Shown here: positions 23,697 through 36,136 of the stretch, one piece after another
Position numbering within the stretch: position 1 is the first letter of the stretch
How the letters are laid out: each line of letters begins with the position of its first letter
Assembly: GCF_963506605.1 (NCBI RefSeq)
Contig: NC_083276.1
Span: 75,454,001-75,518,000 of the forward strand
Direction: 5' to 3'
From: Zootoca vivipara
Taxonomy: Eukaryota
DNA length: 64,000 nucleotides
Position numbers and translations under genes: made by a program
Notes under the pieces: generated by a model
The model's database searches: none
Told to the model about the DNA's origin: nothing
What the model saw: the letters and a program-made list of their open reading frames with translations, nothing else

Positions 23697-26600
23697 CCAG
23701 CCAAGCAGGGTAGCCGCCAACGCTACCAGCCCCAGAAGCACAAGGTGGCCGCTGCTACCACCGCCACGATGTCATCAGGCCCGTTGGCCCTTTAGCCCCG
23801 CCCACTTTGTGGCCCCTCCCCTTCTGTGCCTTGGCCCCGCCCCTGAACGGCCATGGCTTGCCCCCCCCCCAGTTTTGATCCTGGCTACGCCCCTGGCCGT
23901 CTTTAGCATATGTGCCACTGGGGTGCAAAGATCCACCCAGCGCCCCCCAATTTGGGGGAGCAGGTCAAAGTTGTTGAGGTTTTAAGGAGGGGAACAGCAA
24001 AAACCGCTAACATGAAAAAATAAAAAGCGGCAGCGATAGCTTCGTCTTCAGTTTTTGCGATCATGCGATAATGAAAGATACCACTAGGGGGCGCCGCCAG
24101 ATACATTGATTCTGCAACTCTTCTGCAAAAGAACGGAAATGACCCAGCGATTGATTCCAATCCACCACCGATCACGGTTAAGAGCTTAGGTGGTTTCAGC
24201 GGCGGGCGCCCGGAGCTCCCCATAATTCAGCACCCGGGTGCCCCACACCCCTTGCACCCCCAGATAGAGACGGCCCTGACTATAAAAACAATTACAGTCT
24301 TGCTTGGACATTGTCAGCTGCTAATTCTGTGTGGGGAGGGCATGCCCATTTCCTCTCTCCAGTGACTCTCAATTTCCTCCTGCTATGTTTCCTTCCTCAA
24401 TGAAGCCCCTATTGAAGGCCTTACTTATACTTGGGTGCTGTTTTTACTTTTATTGCCATTTTTTTTAAAAAAATTACATTTTAATGTCCTTCTTCCTCCA
24501 GTTTATTGGCTTGCTTTCCTGCATCCCTGGTTCCCCCCCTTCCCTAGCTACTGTTGTTCCTGAACATTGATTTTCCATTGCTGGTCTTCTGTGAGTTACC
24601 CTGTGATTCTGAGCAAGGAGCTGCCATGCCAAGGGTGAACATCACTACTTCTGTCCACACACTGTGCTCCCAACTTCACCTCTCCTCTTGATTCCCCTCC
24701 CTCTGCCCACCATCTGTCATCAAGTCTCTCTCTTTTAATATAGCATCGGGACACTTGCTGTTAGATGAAGTCATCCTATGTACTTGTGTATCATACCTTG
24801 CTTTCTGCCTCTGACTCCAGGTGCTGTTCAACCCTTTGCTTCCTATAATCTCAGGGGTGGTGGAATCTGTTCAGATGTTGTTGGGACTCTAGCTCCTATG
24901 AGCTCCAGCCCTGTTGTCAGGGATTATGGGAGTTGGAGACTCTAGAGGAGCACAGGGTCCTTCAAACTGCTACATCCACACTCAGTTGCCCATTTCAAGA
25001 TGAGAAACTGATAGCTATTGTGCTCTACAGACTGTGGTTGATCATATTGGTAAGAGAGAAAGAAACTGTGCCCACATGCTCATGTATTTACCCACTTAAT
25101 TGACAAAGAAACTGTGTCCATCTGGTCCCCCCCTTTTTTTGCCAACCACAATGTGTGAATGTGAGAGTAACATTTCCACATGTTTTTACTATGGGTGCTT
25201 GCTTCAGGGACCACAGCGTTCTTATGTCTGAAGAAAAGAGACTGGCTGTTAGGACCTTGTGGTTGATGCTCCCCACCTGAGGAGAGACTGGCCGAATGGC
25301 CCCTGTGTCCTCAGTGATGATGTTGCTGGCCTGAAGACTGACCATTGTGATCTCATAATGACATGACATTGCTGGTCATTGTGACCTTCTGCTGATGCAG
25401 CCCACCTAATGAAAGCAGACTGGCCACTGTAACCTCATGCTGATACTAGTTGTGAAGACTAAGCACTTTGATCTGCTGCTGATACAACTTGCTTAATGAA
25501 GAGAGACTGGCCAGTAAGGGAATGCAGGAGGGGAAAGCCTTACTGAAGGCAAAACAATCTTGCTGAAAAAGGGGACAGTGATGTCTACAGGTGGGTTTGT
25601 TTTAATTTTAGGTTCTGCTCTTCAGTACTAAAGAGAAGCACAGAGACTGTAAAGAATGAGGGAAATGCAAATCCTTCTGAGGAATAAGCTGTACGTGATC
25701 TAGACATGGAAATGTGTAATTCTTCACACCCTCTCTACTTTTCTCCCCGGCATGGCAGTGCAAGCTGTCTTTCTCACATGCATTATCCCATAGATGAACG
25801 TAGGCAGAAGTCCAGTGGAGGTTGGTCCTTTAGGGCAAATGGGGCACTGCCCCACCAGTAACATTCTGTCCTTGGTCAGCCCCCACCTACCTTCTTTCTT
25901 GCATCCAGTCCAGGGAGGTAGCAGGGCAGCTTGTAAGCACATGTTCCCAAATACCCTTAAGATTCCCCTTCAGACCATCCCACTGAACCTAAGAAGGTTG
26001 GAAGTGGAGCATGTGTGGACAGCATGCACAGGAACAGTGGCTGGTATGCATAGGCTATACGCCCTCTCTCCACTGAACAGGGCTATGGTTGCTTTTTGAA
26101 TGCCAGGAACATACACTTTCCCTGCAAGAGAAGAATTTCTCTCAAGACACATGAAGATCATAGAATCTATGATCTTCATGTGTCTCAACAATCTTGGTAA
26201 CCATTGCACCAATGGTGTTGAACCTGTGGCCCTCCAAATGCTTTTGGACCACAGTTCTCATAATCCCTGGTTATTGGCTATGCTGACAGGGGCTGATGGG
26301 TGTTATCGAGTCAGACAATATCTGGTGGGCCATAGGTTCAACACCCTTTAAAGTACAGGGAGCCTGAGCAAAGTAAGAGTGAAGGTGCTCACAGGCCCTG
26401 AGCCATGATAGCATCAAGTACCCTGCCATCCTTAGAATTCCCAATTTGTCACACCAGCAGGGCTCTTGTGCCTTGGGCAACTGCCCAATGGACATCAGAA
26501 GAACAAGCTCCAGTTCTATGTGAAGAATCCCATCACCTATTGTATGCATAAGCTGTCTGTCTATCAAGAAGCTAGCAAGGATACAAGAGCAAGTAGGTTA

Positions 26601-27118
26601 GCAGCCTCAGTGAGGAACAACCAGCAGCGTCCTGAACACGGCCTGGGACATTAGCAGCAAAACCAAACAAATGCATATTATTGCAAGTTGTTAGCATGAG
26701 AAGGGAGTAATACCACAGAGCTGTATTGCTGATAGGCAGATAGTCAAACCATAGAAACACAGTTGGTAGCGTTGTCTCTGTGTGATGTAATTTCTCCTTG
26801 CCTAAAGAGGAAGGAGCAGATAGTACTTCCTGTCCCTCTCTTTTCTCTCTTCCTATGACCAGCATTGAGTGCAGCCTTTGCTGTGAACCAATGCTTGATT
26901 ATAAAGTAATCACATTTTATTTTTAAACTTACTTTACAAGTTGTTGCCTTATTCTTTGTTAAGCAGGGTAAGAAGCGGGACGCCAGCTTACTTGGTTAGC
27001 AGGACTTGCACCAAAGGAGACTTTGAAGCCTAATTCCTAATTTTGCTGCCAAGGATGGGATTTTGAAACTCTCACACATGGGCACCTGGAAGGGTAAATT
27101 GCAAATATCCTCTCCTAC

Positions 27119-27260
27119 CATGGGTGTAGCCGGGGGGGGGGGGCAGCTGCCCCCCAATCAAGTAAAACAATAGAAATACTTAACTGACCAATCACATCGG
27201 TTCTGCCCCCCCAAACAGAAGTCCTGCCCCCTCCTAACAAAAATCCTGCCAACACCCATG
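27119..27260. mobile_element. hAT (Tip100-like) MITE
   Basis: TIRs CATGGGTGT...ACACCCATG; TSD TCTCCTAC/TTTCCTAC. Confidence 0.8.
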
Positions 27261-27380
27261 TTTCCTACCCACTGAAAGCCACCCCACACCTTGCTGGTGA
27301 CAAGGTGGGCCTGTCTCCTGGCCTGCATGGAACAGAGTGTGGGAGAAGATTGTGTATCTGTGGGAGAGCAGCCTATAGAA

Positions 27381-27630
27381 CAGGGGTCAGCAAACTTTTT
27401 CAGCAGGGGGCCAGTCCACTGTCCCTCAGACCTAATGGGGGGCTGGACTATATTTTGAAAAAAAATATGAACAAATTCCTATGCCCCACAAATAACCCAG
27501 AGATGCATTTTAAATAAAAGGACACATTCTACTCATGTAAAAACATGCTGATTCCCGGACCGTCCACGGGCCGGATTTAGAAGGCGATTGGGCCAGATCC
27601 AGCCCCCGGGCCTTAGTTTGTGGACCCCTG
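27381..27630. mobile_element. hAT-Charlie (MER30-like) MITE
   Basis: TIRs CAGGGGTC..CAAACT and perfect TSD CTATAGAA. Confidence 0.9.
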
Positions 27631-29227
27631 CTATAGAACAAATGAGCAATAGGCAGCAGCTGTAGCACAAAGTCCTTGAACCTGGCTGCAAAACAGGTGA
27701 GGAGATGTGAGCTGAAAGTAAGTGGTGCCACCTGAGTGCTGGTGCTTTAGCGCCCTGGAGGGATGTGGAGACTACAGTGATTGAGACCTTGGGGATTGTA
27801 CTTGAACTGTGTATGTGCAAGAGTAGCTTCTTCTGCTCTATGTGTTGGGACTGTGATCCTGCAAGGCAAAGTGTTTGGTCAACAATTGCAGTGGAGTGGG
27901 TGCCGGCCCTGCGTGAGAGGAACTGTTCCTACCATTCCAAGGAACAGAGTGTCCCAGCAATGCTGTTTGGGTAAGAGGAAGTATTCACATATATAGCAGA
28001 GTGGTGGGAGGGAGGGAATGGGAGGCAGTTATTGCAATGACACCCTGTGACCATTTTGCTCTGTGCGGTTTTATTTAGGGCTTTTGCAGACTATTATATG
28101 CCCTGCCCCATGATTAATGTGCTGAAAGATCTTAGGCTGCATTATCTGATATATCTGCTAGAAAAAGGGAGATTTCCTGTACTTGCATCACACCATAGTT
28201 TAAAGAACTATTATTATTATTACGTAGTAGGTAACAGCACAATCCTAACCAGTCTACTCAGAATTAGTCCTATTGAAAGTAAGTGGCAATCTAACACTGC
28301 TAAGCATTGCAGTTTCTCAGGTACAAAATATTTTGGTCTAAGTGTTGACAAAATATTTTGTTTCTGCAACAATTAAGCAGCCAGCCATGAAGCAAGAAAA
28401 TACTCTGAGCTAATGCAAAGTTAAAAATTCAGCACAAATCAGATTTATTTTATTTTATTTTATTGCATAATTTACTTCACTTCTGCTCAGCTGCACTGGA
28501 CACAAACCCCCACTTTGTGCCTGTTGAAAATCCACGCCTCCTTTTCTGAGATTTCTTTAGGCATTTACTGTTTACCTTTGTTGCTACATAATAGCTAGAT
28601 ACTTCCTTTAAAATGAAAATAGGCAACTTGAGATTTTCAGGAACCATATTCTGTTTCATTTCTGTACTTGTGTGGAATAAACAGCCCTGGGTAAGATGTA
28701 CAGTATGCAGAAATCTGCATTCATGGTGCAGGCAAAAAGATATAATGGACTTTCATGTTTATGTTCAGATTATGAAACAAGGATACTCTCTATCTTTGAA
28801 AAATTGTGTACAAATGGGAAGTTTTATTTTAACCTCCCACTACAATAGGCACTAAAAGCAAGGCAAAACGAGAGAAAAGGAAAAAAGCTCACGCAATTCT
28901 TAAAAGGAAGAAAATTCTGTCCATTTATATTTGATAATCTACTACCCAGATAAACATCAGAGCAACAAAGCTGTGCTGCTTGCTTGGGAGGAAGCCCCGT
29001 TAGCTACTTCCGAGTAAAGGTCAACATTCTTGGATTCAGGGGAAATAAAGTCCAGTAGCGCTTGTGGAAGTTGATCAGAAACCGCCATGTTCGAACATGG
29101 CTATTTAAGAGATGCCTTTGGGATGTTCTCTACGGTAATTTGGAAGGAAACCCCGCGGAAATCGACAAGACTTGCTTGAGAACGCAGCGAGCTTCATTAT
29201 ACAGAGTCTGATCTGCATTTCCCACGC

Positions 29228-29345
29228 CAGCCTTCCCCAAGCTGGTACCCTCCAGATGGTTCGGACTACAACTCCCATCAGCCCCAGCCGGCTGTGAGTT
29301 GTAATACCAAGCACGATGTGGAGGGCGCCAGGTTGGAGAAGGCTG
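29228..29345. mobile_element. Older hAT hairpin MITE just upstream of the CHID1 CpG island
   Basis: CAGCCTTCCCCAA...TTGGAGAAGGCTG termini and CCCTCCAGATG..GGACTACAACTCCCA core. No TSD remains. Confidence 0.7.
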
Positions 29346-29399
29346 GTGTACCCCGGCAGAGGTTCAGTAAAGCTTCATTATTTCTCGGGTGTGTGTTGC

Positions 29400-30250
29400 C
29401 TACCTGGACTTTACGCCCGAGGAAACAGGGAGACGGGCTCGTGCGCTCCCTTGCTTTGCAGGCCAAGGAAGAAAGGGAAGTTTGTGATTGTAATGTTTGA
29501 CCGCGCGATTATCTGCGTGACGACGAGGCATCACTATACGCTCCCTGTCCCTGACTCGGGAGTTAGTCCTGCTTGTTTCAATGAGTTTCGCGCGCACAAG
29601 ATTGCCTCCCGCAACCCCAAACGGGGCTCAGGGCGCCCCGGCCTCTCTCACTCTCTCATTTCTCGCTTTGGGAGGGAAGTAGCGCTCTCCTGCAGCCAAG
29701 GCGGCTCCTTTAAGAGGCGTGCGCCACGCGGCTCCCGAGCCTCCGTTTTCACTTCCGAGTTGAAGAAGATCCGGTTTGCAGAGGGAAAACGAGGGCACGA
29801 GCGCGAGTCACTGACAAGGTGGGAGGGGAGACCGAGAGGCAGCCTGCGCGCCCCCCGCCCGCCCCGCGCTCTCCCCCTCGCCCTGGAGTCCTTGGGGCAG
29901 CTGCAGCTGCAGCCGTCACGCGCCTCTGATTAAGCTAGCGCGGGATCATGGGGAGCGATCCGCTTCGGGATCCTGCGCTAAAGAGGCGAAAGGCGGGAAG
30001 GAGGCTCCCTGAGCTGCTTTGTAATACGGACGTAATTCCGTCTTGCTATCCGCGGGCGGCCACCTTATTTAAGACTGGCGGGGGGGGGGTTCGGGGTGGA
30101 CTGCGGACGCCTGTGTCCTTCCTGTCGCGTTTCATCTCCATTTATTTTCTCTGCACCATCGTCGGCATCCGACACTTTCTCCCTTCCTAGTAGGATTTGT
30201 GTCGGTTGAGTTCCACTTATGCACTCCCAGCTCACAAGCCACGTCTGCTC
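29400..30250 (+). promoter_or_regulatory. CHID1: CpG island, probable CHID1 promoter; putative non-coding exon 1 ending at 29818
   Basis: CpG-rich; E2F-like TTTCGCGC at 29586, ETS-like CACTTCCG at 29750, candidate donor AAG|GTGGGA at 29819. It is the only CpG island upstream of the ATG exon, which has its own acceptor. Confidence 0.72.
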
Positions 30251-30479
30251 GTCTGTAGCAGCTGCCACCCCTTCAGCTTGGGACTAGCAATCAGGGCCGC
30301 CCCCCTGAGCCCCCCCCCCTCATGAGGCCAGATGAAGCGACTGCCACCCCGCTTGCCATTCTCGATGTAAATCTTCCCTCACCCCATCCTCCATGGTGGG
30401 AAGCAGGGGGCCATTTGGGAGTTCATCTCAGGTGCCAAAGTGTCTTGGGCCAGCCCTGCTCACAATTACTGAAGTAAGG

Positions 30480-31125
30480 AAATAGTAAATAGAGCCCTGT
30501 TGCTGGGTCAGGCCAAAGGCCTATCTAGTTGGACAATCTGTTCTCGGAGTGGGCAGCTATTCGATGCCTGTGGGAAGTCGGCAACTTGCTTGGTGATTTC
30601 CAGCAGCAGGTATACTGCTTCTGGTCCTGGAGGTAATGCACACAGCTATCACACCCTGATGGCTTTATCCTTTGTGAATTTGTCCAGCCCTGTTTTAAAG
30701 CTGTTGACAGCTTTCACTATACGGTACCTAGTGGGTGCAAATGCCATAGTTCAACCATGCTCTGTGTGAAGTACTTTTGTCTCTCCTTGAACTTCCATCA
30801 TGCAGCTCCATAGATTGCTCTTGGATTCGACTATTATACATAGATTATACATAGGGGAATTGTCAGAACCCCATGATAATTATGGTTGCTCTGAACTGGA
30901 CAAAGTATTCCAAGTGCAGTTGCACCATAGATTTGTATAGTAATGGCTTTATTATACTGGCAGTTTTATTGTCAATCCCTTTCCTAATGATCTCTAGCAT
31001 GAAATTTGCCTTTTTCACAGCTGCCATGCACTGGGCCAGCATCTTAATTATAACTATCCGCCATGATTCTAATTTCTCTTACCTTGTCAGTCACCATCAG
31101 TTAAGACCCCACACTCATATTTTGT

Positions 31126-31181
<56 letters not shown>

Positions 31182-31530
31182 AATCTGTCTCTTTTGCTCC
31201 AGTGTGCATCTCTTCACAGTTATACATTGAATTGCATTTGCCATTTTAATATCCATTGACCCAATGTGGAGAGCTCCTTTTGGAGCACCTTGCAATCCTT
31301 CTGCAATCATACAGTGAACAATTTGGTATTTCCAAACAAAGCCACCAGAATACTTACCCCTAAGTCCAGATCATTAATGAGCAAGTTAAAGAAGTGCCGG
31401 TCACAGTACCAATCCTTGGGGAGACCCTATTTCTTACACCCCTCACTCTGTCCATATACTTTTTGATACTCTCGGAGAACTCAAAAAAGTTAGTGAGGCA
31501 GAACTTGTCCTCACAGAAGCCATGATGTAA
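30480..31530 (-). mobile_element. Degenerate CR1 LINE fragments (RT and 3' end)
   Basis: HGFCEDKFCLTNFFEF peptide, PQGxVL-like remnant and CR1-type tail; contains a microsatellite. Confidence 0.7.
31122..31181. repeat. (GT)n(GA)n compound microsatellite
   Basis: Directly visible in the sequence. Confidence 0.95.
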
Positions 31531-32494
31531 AGGCAGGTGAAGTGAGAGGAATAAGGTTTCCCACTTTGCCTGCAGAGATAACCGTGAGGGGAGAAGACAC
31601 TTTGAGTGAAGCAACAGCGTGATTAAGGCTGCAATCTCATGCACATTTATTTGAGAGTAAGTCCCCATTGAACTCAGCAGACCTGTGTAGGATTGCACTG
31701 TTAAGAGTAAAGTCTCTGTGGAAAAGTGTTCATGAATAATATTTGGAATACGGCTGCTGGGTTGGTGACTGGGGCAGCCTGGTGGCACCATATCTCACTG
31801 GTCCTGAGAGCACAGCTGCACTAACTGCCAGTGAGCTGCCGGACCCAATTTATTGCTGTTAGCTGCCTTGGGTGTGATTCATGGTAAGGTGAGAGATGAA
31901 TATGTATAATAAATCCCTCCAGCAAAATCCTCATGGATTTTGTTCTCGGGCATAATTTGTTTTTCTTGGATTGTTCACTGTCAAATAACTAAATTCATCC
32001 TGTCTGCCCTCAATATTATCTCCCAGCCTAAACTTCTGTTTTCAGATACATTGTTTATCTGTTTACTCAAGTGTGTGCACATTAGTAACAATTACAAAAC
32101 AGATTCTGAAAGTGTAGGTGAACAGCATCTGTAGGCTGTCCAGAACGCATTTCTGTGGTGGGGCAATGGAATAGGAATAAACATTAATCATGTTGAGTTT
32201 GGGCATGGACTTCTTCTTGCAGAATCAATGAAACTTCCCTCACCCCGATCTATTCTCTGTGGAGGTGGAGGAAGGGGAAGTTCTGGTGCATGAGCACCAA
32301 CTTTCTACGGTATGTTCCTATTCACCCCCCCCCGGTAGAATTCTTGTTTTTCTCATTTGCATATTTAAAGTAAACTAAAACTCATGGGTTGTATCCAACA
32401 AAGGTGGTTCTTTAGTCTATCAAACTTCATACTGTCTACAGACTTTCAGGCAAGGGTGTTTCTCAACCCCATATGTAGAGGCCAGGGGCTACAC

Positions 32495-32685
32495 AGGAAC
32501 ATAGGAAGCAGTCTTCTACCTAGTCAGGCCATTGTTCCACTAGCCCAATATTGTCTACACTGACTGGCAGCAGCTGTCCAGGCGTTTCAGACAGGTTTCT
32601 CATTGCCCAACTTAGAGATGCTGGGGATTGAACCAGGGACTCTATGCATGCAAAGCAGATGCTCCACTGAACTTTGGCCCTTCCC
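32495..32685 (-). mobile_element. tRNA-derived squamate SINE
   Basis: Minus strand shows a tRNA-like head (B-box GGTTCAATCCCC) and a (TTCCTATG)-type tail. Confidence 0.65.
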
Positions 32686-33589
32686 TGAATACTTCCATTG
32701 ATTTTAGATAATACACATGTCGTGGTAGCAGGTGTATTGGAAAAGGCATTTCCACCTCTCCCATGAAGGAGAGAATGACTCATCAATAGTAGTGTTTGAA
32801 ATTGACAATTTATATTAGCACTTTTGGTAAAAATTTATTTTTTAAAATTAAACATCCGATGACTTGCTAGATGGCACCTTTTGCCAATCAGATTTTTATT
32901 TTTCATAATCGCCTTAACTGATTAATCAGCTAACAGTTGCAAGTCTTCATCGAGTAGTATCTGATGCCCATAAAAAAGCCTATAATTTCCAAAGGATTAA
33001 CCAGGTTAGTCTGTTGCAGCAAAACCAACACCCTTATGGTACCTTCAAGGGTAACAGATGTAATTATTTCATTGATTTGTGACCTGGAGGGCTACACAAT
33101 TTCTGAGAAGAAGCTTTAAGGCTATTGAATTTGGCAGGCAAGCATGGCAGGATAATTCGCAGCTAAAACAAGCTTGTTTTATTTATTAGTTGTATTATAT
33201 GCTAAAGAGCAGATAAATTCTCTCCTTAGGCTAATGCTGGATACATTAAGGACAGCCCTGGCATTCCCAGAGTAATGGCCTCTATAAATTTACCCCAGCC
33301 TCACCTAGTTTGCTTTGGATAAATTAAAATGTAAATACTTTGGAAGCAGGGTGGGCATTGCAACCACCACTAATAATATACCTTAAAGAGTGCATTAGAG
33401 CCACCTTGTACAGTACATTTAGGAAAATTACAATCTGATGGGTTGTTTTGACACCACTATAGGAACTGCAGTTGTGTCCCATGTAGTGTAGGAGTTGCAG
33501 GCAAACATTCTTTCCCAACAATGACAAATGTTAATTTCCCCCCATCAGCTGTTGTTGTTACTTTATTTATAATTATTACATTTATTACC

Positions 33590-34270
33590 CTTCACCAATT
33601 AAATTTCTAAACCACTCTTCATCCAGAGAACACAGGGCGGTTTACAATATAATCCTTCCCCTACAAAATACCATAATAACAAACAAAAACTTCATCACCC
33701 CTCCCCAACAGTTTAAAAGGCCATAGATTGTTTAATTAATCAAAGGCCTGGGAGAAGAATGGTTTTTTCCCCTGGTGCCTTAATATATGTAACAAAGGTG
33801 CCAAGCAAGCCTCCTTGAGAGCAACCCACAAGCGGCAAGCCACCATAGAAATGGCCCATTCTTGTATTGGCACCCTCTGGATCTCTCGTGGTGGTGGCGG
33901 CGGCAGCGGCGGGAGGGCACATTAAGATGATTGCAGAGCCGCCTCAGATGATGATTGCAGAGTCTGTATCAGTTCGTATAGGGAGAGGCGGTCCTTGGGA
34001 GGGCCTGTAGCAGGCATCCCCAAACTCGGCCCTCCAGATGTTTTGGGACTACAATTCCCACCATCCCTGACCACTAGTCCTGTTAGCTAGGGATGATGGG
34101 AAGGAGGTGTTATTTCATGTATTTGGGACCTAAGTCATTTAGGGTTTCAAACACTAGATTGAGCACCTTAAATTATTATATTAATAATAGTTAAAAAATT
34201 ATTATTTATACTCCACCCATTATTTATACTCCAGCCATATTGAGCCTGGAAATGAACTGGCAGCCAATGC
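33590..34270 (-). mobile_element. L2-like 3' fragment interrupted by a truncated hAT MITE (34011-34100)
   Basis: Homologous by eye to 10065-10420; CAGGCATCCCCAAAC terminus at 34011. Confidence 0.6.
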
Positions 34271-34712
34271 CGGCTAGCATTTCGGTTATGAATATACAAA
34301 GTTGCCCTAAAGCAGAAGAAGGGAGCCTGTGCATCAAGGGCCATATGCGACCCCCAACCTAATTTAATGCATTTGACAAGGAGGGGAATAATAGGGAGAG
34401 GAAATGGCAGAGAAAGGGGGCTCAGGGGTAAAGTGGGCCAACAGCACTTGGAGGGTCACAGGTTTCCCCATCCCTGGTCTCCATCCCCCTGGCATTGGGT
34501 CTCTGTGGCACTCCCCTCCTCTTTTCACTGAGATCCTTATTAATTTTACAGAACCTGGCATACATGTGCTCTGCCACTGAAGAACATTCTTTTGGCAACA
34601 ACTACTCTTATTATTCTCAAGTAGGGTTGTCGTCTCACAAACTCATTTTATTTTTATTTTTTTATCTTCCTCATTAAAGAAATTAGAGGTGACGGGAATA
34701 GCTCAAGCTGTC

Positions 34713-34826
34713 ATGAGATGGATCGCAATCAGCCTTCTTGTGTTTGCCCTGGCTTCTCAGGTGGCTAATGCTACGTTGTCGAAGACAGACACTAAAAAAA
34801 CTGCCTCAAAAACCCTGGAGGAAAAG
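34713..34826 (+). CDS. CHID1: Chitinase domain-containing protein 1, first coding exon (signal peptide)
   Basis: MRWIAISLLVFALASQVANATLSKTDTKKTASKTLEEK|gtagga matches the CHID1 N-terminus (TLSK.D.KK.ASKTL.EK). Polypyrimidine acceptor at about 34679. Confidence 0.92.
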
Positions 34827-35277
34827 GTAGGAGAAGCTGCTTGATGGCTTGGAATTTTTGCAAAGATTCATATTGGACACTGGGGGATTTTGTACTCTGA
34901 CGTAGTGGTGTTAACATTTGCCTATAAGGTGACTGAATATTGCAAAAATAAATTGGAGCCAAACTCCCTGAACTATCCCCGACTCATGTGTAAATTGAGA
35001 GGTGGGTGTGACTCTAGTTTTAACATGGGGCTGGACAGGGGGGAAAGGTGGGTGGGATGGTTGAGTTTATTTCTCTTATCTACACACCCCTTTTCATACC
35101 CCATTCCACATCGTACTGTGCATGTGAATTAGACAGGCATGATTAAACAAGACTGGCTGCTTCCATTATATCTGGGGCACAATAAAACATTTACAGTGGT
35201 ATTTAGGAGTAGACTGCTTCTGAACATGGATGTTTTCTTTAGTTGTAATTAAATCTACGATAATGGTTTGTTGGCAG

Positions 35278-35427
35278 ACTCACTATTCAGATAAAAGAGT
35301 GCAAGACCGTGGCCTGGTTTCTACTGATTTAAAGACGAAGGATATTATTCTGGAGCACAAAAGCTACTGTGCCAAAAAAGCACGAGAACGACACTTTGGG
35401 GGAGATGTTTTGGGCTACATAACACCT
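35278..35427 (+). CDS. CHID1: CHID1 coding exon (150 nt)
   Basis: cag|THYSDKRVQDRGLVSTDLKTKDIILEHKSYCAKKARERHFGGDVLGYITP|gtaagt. Confidence 0.96.
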
Positions 35428-36003
35428 GTAAGTACTGAGAGAATGAAAAAGTTGGGATGCAGCTAATTGTAGGAATGCTGGTACCTGTTGCATGGTTTGT
35501 GGCTTTGTGTGTATATATGTGGGTTTTCCCGCTCTCTCTTTCGAATAAAATTTGGGGCTTGATCTGCCATTAGGCGGAGTAGGGTCGTTGGCTCGGGTGG
35601 CAGGTGATTGTGGGCCACAGGGGCATCCTTCCCACCTAGCCCTTTCTGCCAAGCCGCCTGGCTATCCCCCTCTGTTGCAGAGCAGATCTGTGTGTGCCAA
35701 ACATGTATTGAACCATCTAAACTACCCTTGGGTGCAATGGAGAGTACTTTCGGAGCAGTCGGCATTTAAGTAAACTACAACTGCCTCTCCAGTACATAAA
35801 AGTGGCCTAGGTGGTGAGGAACAAGGTCACCTTGTCCTTTGCCTCAAACCAGAAAATATATTGGGCTAGCTGCTGGAAATGGAGGTTCTGAGCTGAAATT
35901 GGGACCATTGACCTCTTCCCTGCATTTAATACAATTCTAGGTGGTGGATAATGTGGTTTGTGATGGATTTTGCCCTAATACCTTTTCCTCCTCCCTTTTC
36001 CAG

Positions 36004-36136
36004 TGGAACGGCCATGGCTATGACATTGCTAAGATATTTGGAAGCAAATTTACCACTATCTCGCCAGTCTGGTTGCAGGTGAAGAGAAGGGGCAAGGAGA
36101 GGTTCCAGGTGACAGGGCTCCATGATGCTGACCAAG
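36004..36136 (+). CDS. CHID1: CHID1 coding exon (133 nt)
   Basis: cag|WNGHGYDIAKIFGSKFTTISPVWLQVKRRGKERFQVTGLHDADQ(G)|gtttcc. Confidence 0.95.

Larger units (their letters stand above)
21780..23895. mobile_element. 2.1-kb composite non-autonomous hAT-like element
   Basis: Termini CATGGGCATAGGCAGG / CCTGGCTACGCCCCTG and perfect 8-bp TSD GCCGTCTT (21772-21779 and 23896-23903). Confidence 0.75.
21768..24278. mobile_element. hAT (Tip100-like) host element, interrupted 12 bp inside its left TIR
   Basis: Ends AGGGCCGTCT / AGACGGCCCTG; its body resumes at 23904 after the nested insertion. Its own TSD is poor. Confidence 0.6.

Noticed and set aside
26519-27050. Possible LTR-like segment
   Set aside because: Termini and TSD could not be defined.
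29316-29933. 205-aa ORF, the longest in the track
   Set aside because: Starts in a MITE and runs through the CpG island. It has no recognisable domain, and stop-poor GC-rich DNA explains its length.
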